Source of the DNA: Nautiliaceae bacterium
GTDB lineage: Bacteria; Campylobacterota; Campylobacteria; Campylobacterales; Nautiliaceae
DNA length: 64,000 nt
Assembly (NCBI GenBank): GCA_027062285.1
Contig: JAMOTL010000111.1
Span: forward strand, 167 to 64,166
Direction: 5' to 3'
Under the pieces are notes generated by a model. The model was not told where the DNA came from. It did not search any database and saw only the letters and a program-made list of their open reading frames with translations. Within the stretch, counting starts at the first letter, position 1. Each line of letters opens with the position of its first letter. Position numbers and translations under genes: made by a program. Positions 1 through 6,732 of this stretch are shown piece by piece.

Positions 1-108
1 AGATAATTAATAATAATATTTCATGTCAAACTTCTTTTCTTTTCCTATTCCCTCATAAGTTCATTTTGGCTTTTTTCTCATTTTCAAATCTTCATTATCA
101 ATGTTAAT

Positions 109-1950
109 GTTGCAATCCCCTTGAATCGAGTCGGTGTTTCAATCAACGATAGATGCGATTTCAGGTGCTCTATTTTGGGTCGCAATCCCCTTAAGTCGGG
201 TCGGTATTTCAATTCAGATATCATCTTACCTCTAAAATATCTTTTAAAGTCGCAATCCCCTTAAGTCGGGTCGGTATTTCAATAAGAAAACCTTCACTAT
301 CATGTAGATAGTTTATAGTCGCAATCCCCTTAAGTCGGGTCGGTATTTCAATTCAGATATCATCTTACCTCTAAAATATCTTTTAAAGTCGCAATCCCCT
401 TAAGTCGGGTCGGTATTTCAATCCATTATCATTGACTCACTGACAAGATACGGTGAAATGGTCGCAATCCCCTTAAGTCGGGTCGGTATTTCAATGTAGA
501 AGCTACGACGTTCAAGCAGCCTGGTACCTTGATGTCGCAATCCCCTTAAGTCGGGTCGGTGTTTCAATGAAGATGAAATAGCGTTCAGCTCAGTAGCGAG
601 TTCGCTGTCGCAATCCCCTTAAATCGGGTCGGTGTTTCAATATAATTTGTACGATATTTAAGAGAACCACTATTTTTAGTCGCAATCCCCTTAAATCGGG
701 TCGGTGTTTCAATTTAACATCAAATATGTTCAACATTCAATTGGAAGGGTTACGGTCGCAATCCCCTTAAATCGGGTCGGTGTTTCAATATCTTAATGAT
801 TTTTATTCATTGCTTAGTGTGAAGGTGAGTCGCAATCCCCTTAAGTCGGGTCGGTGTTTCAATAGATATATAGATGTGAAAGAAGGGGTGGTTCTGATAT
901 GTCGCAATCCCCTTAAATCGGGTCGGTGTTTCAATAATCCATGCTGACGATGTAATGGTTGTAGCGCTTATTAGGTCGCAATCCCCTTAAATCGGGTCGG
1001 TGTTTCAATATACAGTTATTTTATTTTTTAATTCTTCAATTGTATGTCGCAATCCCCTTAAATCGGGTCGGTGTTTCAATAAAAAATTTAAAAAAACAAA
1101 TAGAAACTTATTTAGGTCGCAATCCCCTTAAATCGGGTCGGTGTTTCAATGACAAAAATGGGAAAGAGTTAAAATAAAATTGAGTGTCGCAATCCCCTTA
1201 AATCGGGTCGGTGTTTCAATATAATTTGTACGATATTTAAGAGAACCACTATTTTTAGTCGCAATCCCCTTAAATCGGGTCGGTGTTTCAATTTAACATC
1301 AAATATGTTCAACATTCAATTGGAAGGGTTACGGTCGCAATCCCCTTAAATCGGGTCGGTGTTTCAATATCTTAATGATTTTTATTCATTGCTTAGTGTG
1401 AAGGTGAGTCGCAATCCCCTTAAGTCGGGTCGGTGTTTCAATAGATATATAGATGTGAAAGAAGGGGTGGTTCTGATATGTCGCAATCCCCTTAAATCGG
1501 GTCGGTGTTTCAATAATCCATGCTGACGATGTAATGGTTGTAGCGCTTATTAGGTCGCAATCCCCTTAAATCGGGTCGGTGTTTCAATATACAGTTATTT
1601 TATTTTTTAATTCTTCAATTGTATGTCGCAATCCCCTTAAATCGGGTCGGTGTTTCAATGACAAAAATGGGAAAGAGTTAAAATAAAATTGAGTGTCGCA
1701 ATCCCCTTAAATCGGGTCGGTGTTTCAATAAAACCACAAAACAACTACAAACCAACAGAGGTAGTCGCAATCCCCTTAAATCGGGTCGGTGTTTCAATAC
1801 AGAGTTGATGGGCAAGACAGTTGTTATCAAAGAATTGTCGCAATCCCCTTAAATCGGGTCGGTGTTTCAATTAATACTGATGTATTAAAAATAACATTTA
1901 CACAGAACCCTTATAGTCGCAATCCCCTTAAATCGGGTCGGTGTTTCAAT
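109..1950 (-). CRISPR. CRISPR array 1: 26 copies of a 35-nt repeat (+ strand GTCGCAATCCCCTTAAATCGGGTCGGTGTTTCAAT), 25 spacers of 34-44 nt (17 unique)
   Basis: I mapped the repeats by eye at 109, 179, 249, 318, 388, 461, 534, 607, 679, 755, 829, 901, 975, 1046, 1116, 1186, 1258, 1334, 1408, 1480, 1554, 1625, 1695, 1764, 1837 and 1916. The leftmost copy (109-143) has 3 substitutions. Copies 2-6 carry an AAG/GTA variant. The strand call is inferred from the degenerate repeat on the left, the leader on the right, and the minus-strand repeat ending in ATTGCGAC. Confidence 0.97.
642..1729. repeat. Tandem segmental duplication inside array 1 (unit about 579 bp; the second copy lacks one spacer-repeat unit)
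   Basis: Six spacers with their repeats at 642-1080 recur identically at 1221-1659, including the AAG repeat variant (829-863 equals 1408-1442). Spacer 1151-1185 recurs at 1660-1694. Spacer 1081-1115 is present only in the first copy. Confidence 0.9.
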
Positions 1951-2160
1951 AGTCCTAAATTTCGGACTTTTGAAAGCAAATATTAAATTAACATTAAAAA
2001 TTTTTAATGCGACTTTTTGCAACAAAATGCCTAAATTTCGGGTTTTCAAAGAACTTTTTTAAATTCGGCAAAAAATGCTAAAATTGTATAAAATTTATAA
2101 AAAAAGCAATATTTTACCTGATTTAAAATCTATTAATATTATACCAAAAAGGAATAAAAA
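1951..2160 (-). promoter_or_regulatory. Putative leader of array 1 (also the divergent promoter region toward cas1)
   Basis: This is an AT-rich 210-bp non-coding stretch next to the non-degenerate end of the array. It contains a 24-nt motif, ATTTCGGGTTTTCAAAGAACTTTT (2035-2058), that is 23/24 identical to 12723-12746 beside array 2. A second motif-like copy lies at 1954-1976, and an 18-bp perfect palindrome, CATTAAAAATTTTTAATG, at 1992-2009. Confidence 0.6.
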
Positions 2161-3015
2161 TTGAAAGATTTATTTATAACCCGTCCCGTTAAAATATCAA
2201 GAGATGCTAAAAGTTTAAAAATAGATGAGGGAAACTTCAAAAAAATTCCCGTTTCTTTGATAAGAAGTGTTTATATTTTCGGAAATGCAGAATTAAACAA
2301 TAGTGCGAGGAATTTATTGTTAGAGTATTCAAGACCTATTTATCTTTTTTCTTCAAAAGGAGAGTTTAGAGGGATTATCCATAATGCAAAATTAAAAAGC
2401 AATTATAAAAACAGGATTTTGCAGTATAAAAATATAGATAACTTAGATATTGCAAAATTTATTGTAAAAAAGAAAATCGAAACAATAGAACATTATACAA
2501 AAAGATCTTTAAACAGATATAAAGAAAAACTTGAAAGTGCAGAAAAATTAAATGAAATTTTAGGAGTTGAGGGGAGTTGTAGCAGATATATGTTTGAAAA
2601 GATAAAAAAAGAGCTTGAAAAAGCAGGTATAGAATTTAAAGGTAGAGAGTTTAGACCCGTTAAAGACAGGGTGAATTCTCTTTTGAGTTTTACTTATTCT
2701 CTTTATTATATGTTTTTGCATACTGTCATCTTAGAAGAAGGGTTTGACCCGTATATTGGTTTTTTGCATAAAAAAAGAGGTACTCATATGGCGTTTGTAA
2801 GCGATGTGATGGAGGGATACAGGGTTTATTTGAGTGCTTTTGTTGTTAAGATTTTGAAAAGAGGAATAATGAAAGATGAGGATTTTAAAGACGGGATTTT
2901 TTTAAACTATGAAGGGAAAAAGAAGTTTATAAGTTATTATTTGGACTTTATAAAAATCCTTGATAATTACTATTTTCTTGAAGAGATAAAGACTAAATTA
3001 AACGCTCACTTATAA
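2161..3015 (+). CDS. cas1: CRISPR-associated endonuclease Cas1 (locus 1), TTG start
   Basis: The 284-aa translation has Cas1 hallmarks: GVEG (catalytic Glu), GFDPYIGFLH (His) and SDVMEGYR (Asp/Glu). It is about 40% identical by eye to the second Cas1 at 8938-9765 and lies adjacent to the array. Confidence 0.9.
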   Translation: MKDLFITRPVKISRDAKSLKIDEGNFKKIPVSLIRSVYIFGNAELNNSARNLLLEYSRPIYLFSSKGEFRGIIHNAKLKSNYKNRILQYKNIDNLDIAKFIVKKKIETIEHYTKRSLNRYKEKLESAEKLNEILGVEGSCSRYMFEKIKKELEKAGIEFKGREFRPVKDRVNSLLSFTYSLYYMFLHTVILEEGFDPYIGFLHKKRGTHMAFVSDVMEGYRVYLSAFVVKILKRGIMKDEDFKDGIFLNYEGKKKFISYYLDFIKILDNYYFLEEIKTKLNAHL

Positions 3016-4102
3016 AAGTTTTATCTAAGTTGCCATTTATTAAGAGTTCGTTTATATCTTTTCCGTATTTTGCATCCCAGTTTAAAAATTTTACATTTAC
3101 ATCATATTCTCTTACTTTTTTAGCAAGGTTTAAGCTTCCTTGAAGTCCGGCTTTATCTTTGTCAAATGCTAAAATTATGGTTTTACCTTTAAAATATGAA
3201 AAATTTATAGGGTTAAAGCTTCCAATTCCCTCAACTCCCACTACATTGATTTTTTTTAGTGACAGTGCGTCGATATGTCCTTCTGTGAAATAAAAAGTGT
3301 CGAATTTTTTAAGTTTGTTTAGTGTTAGCGGGTATGGAAGTGGGTTTAAAAATCTTTTGTTTGACATTTCAAGCTCTTTGAATTTTCCCGGGTATATGTT
3401 TCTGAATCTAAGAGCCGTTAGTAAATTTGAATATAAATCAAAAGAGGGTATTACCGTAAATGAAGAAAAACTGAATTTAAATTTTCCTTTGTGCAATATT
3501 CCGAATTGATTTAGGTATTTGTAATCAAAAAGATTTAAAAGTTTATCCGTTAAATTAAAAGAGTCTTCTTTTGATAAAGAGCCTATGTTTTTGAAATAAG
3601 TGATTTTTCTGTTTAGATAGTAAGCGTTTTTTAGAGTTTGGTCGGTTTTTAGTGAAAAGCTGTAAATATAAGAGATAATGGTTTGGAATTTTTCTTCTAA
3701 ATCAAGATATTTAAAGTTTTTTATATTTTCGCTAAGGGAATAGATTTTTTGTTTTTCGGGGATTTTTAGAGGTTTTAGAATTATTTTTATTTTAATTTTT
3801 GTGGATTTGTTGTTTGAGGGTATTTTATAGTTTTCTTCGTAACCGTTTAAGAGGTTAAAAATATCTTTGTTGCTAAGCCCTCTAAATTCTTTTAAATAAG
3901 TCCAAATAGGGATAATTTCTCCACATTTGTTTTTTCTGTTGCATATAATGATTGGTTTTAGTTCTGTTTTGTTTGGAATGTATGCTTCTTTTTTATGGCA
4001 AAAAGGACATCTTAAATGATAATACGTAGCACGTTTTTTAGGTTCGAGTTCTGGGAGTAAAAGTTCTATGTCTATATTTTGAAAAAGTTTATTTAAATCC
4101 AT
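2993..4102 (-). CDS. DnaG-like protein: N-terminal CHC2-type zinc finger plus C-terminal TOPRIM domain, inverted between cas1 and cas2
   Basis: The 369-aa protein has CPFCH...C(x5)C at residues 32-60, resembling the DnaG zinc-binding domain. FTEGHIDALS (TOPRIM Glu) and ILAFDKDKAGLQG (DxD) closely resemble DnaG motifs IV and V. No helicase-binding C-terminal domain is present. The gene overlaps the cas1 3' end by 23 nt in convergent orientation. Confidence 0.65.
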   Translation of the reverse strand: MDLNKLFQNIDIELLLPELEPKKRATYYHLRCPFCHKKEAYIPNKTELKPIIICNRKNKCGEIIPIWTYLKEFRGLSNKDIFNLLNGYEENYKIPSNNKSTKIKIKIILKPLKIPEKQKIYSLSENIKNFKYLDLEEKFQTIISYIYSFSLKTDQTLKNAYYLNRKITYFKNIGSLSKEDSFNLTDKLLNLFDYKYLNQFGILHKGKFKFSFSSFTVIPSFDLYSNLLTALRFRNIYPGKFKELEMSNKRFLNPLPYPLTLNKLKKFDTFYFTEGHIDALSLKKINVVGVEGIGSFNPINFSYFKGKTIILAFDKDKAGLQGSLNLAKKVREYDVNVKFLNWDAKYGKDINELLINGNLDKTFISERLI

Positions 4103-4110
4103 CGAGCCTC

Positions 4111-4134
4111 TTTTTTGTATAATTATACAAAAAA
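4111..4134. promoter_or_regulatory. 24-bp perfect palindrome carrying TATAAT on both strands, in the 41-bp gap between the divergent TOPRIM gene and cas2
   Basis: TTTTTTGTATAATTATACAAAAAA is its own reverse complement and sits between the start codons at 4102 (-) and 4144 (+). Confidence 0.4.
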
Positions 4135-4143
4135 GGATAAAAA

Positions 4144-4389
4144 TTGCGTTTTGTTGTGGCGTATGATGTCGAAGATGACAGAAAAAGGGTAAAAATTCAA
4201 AAATTTATTTCATCTTTTAGCGATGATTTTCAAAAATCGGTGTATGAAATTGATGTGAGTAAATCCCAAATTAAAGAGATTTTTAAGTTTTTAAATGAAA
4301 TTTGTGAAGAAGATGATAAATTTTTAATATTTCCGGTTATTGAAAGTTTTAGTTTTGGTAAGAAAAACAGAGTGGAGTTTATTATATGA
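4144..4389 (+). CDS. cas2: Cas2 family protein (first of a tandem pair, locus 1), TTG start
   Basis: The 81-aa protein begins MRFVVAYDV (beta1 with the conserved Asp) and has QKSVYEID. Its size is typical of Cas2. Confidence 0.85.
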   Translation: MRFVVAYDVEDDRKRVKIQKFISSFSDDFQKSVYEIDVSKSQIKEIFKFLNEICEEDDKFLIFPVIESFSFGKKNRVEFII

Positions 4390-4634
4390 ATTTAATAATT
4401 TCATATGATATCAGCGATGAAAAAAGATTAAGAAAAGTCGCTAAATATTTAGAAAAAGTTAGTTTTAGAGTGCAGTATTCCGTTTTTTTGTTTCCTAATC
4501 CTAAAAGAGAGCATTTACAAAAAGTTATAAGTGATTTAGTTAAAATGATAGGGGAAGAAGACAGTATTAAGGTGTATAAATTCAGTATGAAGTATGCTAT
4601 TTCAAATTATGAAATCGAAAAATTTATAGTATAG
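4386..4634 (+). CDS. cas2: Cas2 family protein (second of the tandem pair, locus 1)
   Basis: The 82-aa protein begins MNLIISYDISDEKRLRKVAKYL and has QYSVF. Its start overlaps the previous cas2 stop in an ATGA. Confidence 0.85.
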   Translation: MNLIISYDISDEKRLRKVAKYLEKVSFRVQYSVFLFPNPKREHLQKVISDLVKMIGEEDSIKVYKFSMKYAISNYEIEKFIV

Positions 4635-4642
4635 GGATAAAG

Positions 4643-4996
4643 ATGGATGATATTTTTGTAAAAATTGATGAAATGTTTGAAAATGAAAATGTGGCAAAAG
4701 AGATTTTGAATGAGCTTAGAAATATTAAATTTGTTTTGACATCGGGGAGGGAAATTCAAAAAGAAGAAAAAAGAAAATTAAATAAGGCTTATTATAAGTT
4801 TTATTATGAATTCAGAGAAAGAATGAAAGAAAGACCAAGGGAGGGGTATTTTCCGGAATTTGAAATAGATTGTAAAACATACGCCATTAATAAAAACGGA
4901 CTTTTATATGAGAAAACTTCTAATAAAGTTTTGCCAAAATCAGAAGCATTTAAAATTTATGAAAAGATATTTTATGAAGGATATTTTATAATGTGA
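4643..4996 (+). CDS. Hypothetical protein (117 aa) in the cas operon
   Basis: This ORF starts 9 nt after cas2b on the same strand. I recognise no motif. It is rich in charged residues and Tyr. Confidence 0.55.
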   Translation: MDDIFVKIDEMFENENVAKEILNELRNIKFVLTSGREIQKEEKRKLNKAYYKFYYEFRERMKERPREGYFPEFEIDCKTYAINKNGLLYEKTSNKVLPKSEAFKIYEKIFYEGYFIM

Positions 4997-5043
4997 CAAA
5001 TTTTGTCGCAAGAATTTATTATTATTTCAGAAAAAGGACTGAT

Positions 5044-5421
5044 ATGAAAAGAATGTTTTTACTTTTTTCACATAAATTAACTGATGAGCAAATTGAAGAT
5101 GCAAAGAAAAGTTTTGGTGTTGATGAGTTTATATATTTGCCACAGAACCTTCAAGAAATATGGTCGAATATTCCGCCTGAAGTTGAGGATATAAAGCCGT
5201 TGCTTGAAGATATCAAACAGTTTTTAAAAGAAAATGCAAAAACGGGAGATATTGTTTTGATTCAAGGTGATTTTGGTGCTGTTGTTGAGATGGTTGAGTT
5301 TATAAGGTTTTGGCTTTTGCCTGTGTATGCCACTACTAAAAGAATCTCAAAAGAGATTGAAAAAGATGGTAAAATCGTAAAGGTGAGTGAATTTAGGCAT
5401 GTGAGATTTAGAAAATATTAA
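5044..5421 (+). CDS. Small Rossmann-like CRISPR-linked protein, possibly Csx20-like (family assignment from memory only)
   Basis: I prefer the ATG at 5044 because AAAGGA lies 5-6 nt upstream; the track's GTG at 4993 is the alternative. The beta-alpha-beta pattern is MFLLFSHKLTDEQIEDAKKSFGV ... GDIVLIQGDFGAVVE. The gene sits directly upstream of the CARF-HEPN gene. Confidence 0.45.
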   Translation: MKRMFLLFSHKLTDEQIEDAKKSFGVDEFIYLPQNLQEIWSNIPPEVEDIKPLLEDIKQFLKENAKTGDIVLIQGDFGAVVEMVEFIRFWLLPVYATTKRISKEIEKDGKIVKVSEFRHVRFRKY

Positions 5422-5430
5422 GGAGAAGGA

Positions 5431-6732
5431 ATGAAAAGGGGGGTTATTACTGTTTTGGGAGCGATTAGTTGTTGGAATAATGAAACAAAAAAATATGATG
5501 TTAATAAAAAAGCCGAATATAAAGTGGATGAAAAATTGCAAAACATTTTTTCTTTCAAAAAGAAAAAATATACTAATATGTTACCTCTTTTGATAGAAAA
5601 TTTTTCTTCGAATTATGAACTTGTGCCTATATATACTCTAAAAGCAAAAGATATACAAACAAATGTTTTGGAAAAATGTGAAAATTTAAAAATTGATATT
5701 GAAAAGTTGTTTGAAAGAGGTGTTTTAATTGAAAATGAAAATGATTTTAAAAGTATTCTAAAGGATATAGATAAAAAAATAAAAGAATATGATGAAGTAA
5801 TTATTGATGTAAGTCATGGTTTTAGACATTTTCCTATTCTTATGACCATTGACTTAATTATTACATCTTTAAAAAATGACAGTGTTAATAAAATAAAGCA
5901 TATTCTTTTTGCGGAAGAAATTCAACCAATGCATTATTATAAGATAATTGATTTAAAAGAATATCTTGAACTTGCTAATTTAGCAGTTATTTTTAATATT
6001 TTTAAAGAAAATTACAGCATTTCAAATCATATTAAGATTAAAAATAAAGAATATGTTGAAATATTAAATCTTATGAAAAAATTTTCAAAAGATTTAATGG
6101 CCTTGTCTATTGATAATTTGCTTTTTAAAGTTGTGCCAACATTAAAAAAAGATTTAAAAGATTTGTTAGAAAAAGATTTTATTTTATTTCAAGATGAAAT
6201 AAACAATATTTTAAGACTTTTAGATGATATTTATACACCTAAAAATCATAGGTATCAAACATTTTATTACATAGCAGATGATGTTTCAAAAGATGAAAAA
6301 GGATATTTAGCCGTTGCTATTTCTTTAATTTTTGAGGGAGTTTCTTTTTATTTTTATACTCAGTTTAAAAAATCTCCAAAATTAAAGGAATTTTTTGAAA
6401 AATTAAAAAAAGATAATTTAAATGATTATGATATTTTGAATTTGTGTAGAGGTGTAATTGATAGAAATAAAGATGACTTAATAGTTTCAAAGAAGATTGC
6501 TAAATATTTTAATGATGAGATTAAAAATGAATTTTATAAAAAAAAAGAAGAAATTTTAAAACCTTTTTATAGAGGTAAATATAATCATTTATTGAGTCTT
6601 TTTTATAAATCAAGAAAATTAAGAAATAATTTATTGCATGCTAATAGTGGAGAGAGAGTTGAGAAAGTACATAAGGAAGTTAGAAACTTAATAAAAGCTT
6701 ATAAAAGAACTTTAATCAAAGGTAAAAAATGA
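5431..6732 (+). CDS. CARF-HEPN protein of the Csx1/Csm6 type (predicted cyclic-oligoadenylate-activated RNase)
   Basis: The N-terminus has VITVLG plus DVSHGFRHFP, which is CARF-like. The C-terminus has RNNLLH, matching the HEPN Rx4-6H motif. Length is 433 aa. Confidence 0.8.
   Translation: MKRGVITVLGAISCWNNETKKYDVNKKAEYKVDEKLQNIFSFKKKKYTNMLPLLIENFSSNYELVPIYTLKAKDIQTNVLEKCENLKIDIEKLFERGVLIENENDFKSILKDIDKKIKEYDEVIIDVSHGFRHFPILMTIDLIITSLKNDSVNKIKHILFAEEIQPMHYYKIIDLKEYLELANLAVIFNIFKENYSISNHIKIKNKEYVEILNLMKKFSKDLMALSIDNLLFKVVPTLKKDLKDLLEKDFILFQDEINNILRLLDDIYTPKNHRYQTFYYIADDVSKDEKGYLAVAISLIFEGVSFYFYTQFKKSPKLKEFFEKLKKDNLNDYDILNLCRGVIDRNKDDLIVSKKIAKYFNDEIKNEFYKKKEEILKPFYRGKYNHLLSLFYKSRKLRNNLLHANSGERVEKVHKEVRNLIKAYKRTLIKGKK

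Noticed and set aside
1-108. Considered the left flank of array 1 as the leader, with plus-strand transcription of both arrays.
   Set aside because: The left-terminal repeats of both arrays are the degenerate ones. The conserved 24-nt motif lies on the right of both arrays. The minus-strand repeat ends in GGGGATTGCGAC, like known Cas6-processed repeats. This remains an inference without RNA data.
1789-1986. Track ORF of 65 aa inside CRISPR array 1. A similar 66-aa ORF lies at 12594-12794, spanning the end of array 2 and its leader.
   Set aside because: Both frames read through repeat and spacer units and the leader. The periodic repeat structure explains the sequence, and neither has an RBS.
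3297-3509. 70-aa plus-strand ORF inside the TOPRIM gene. Other short antisense or alternative-frame ORFs lie at 5347-5541, 6922-7110, 8018-8275, 8496-8807 and 8934-9401.
   Set aside because: These are shadow ORFs within or opposite well-supported genes. Their translations are low-complexity and Phe/Leu/Ile/Ser-rich, as expected from AT-rich antisense frames.
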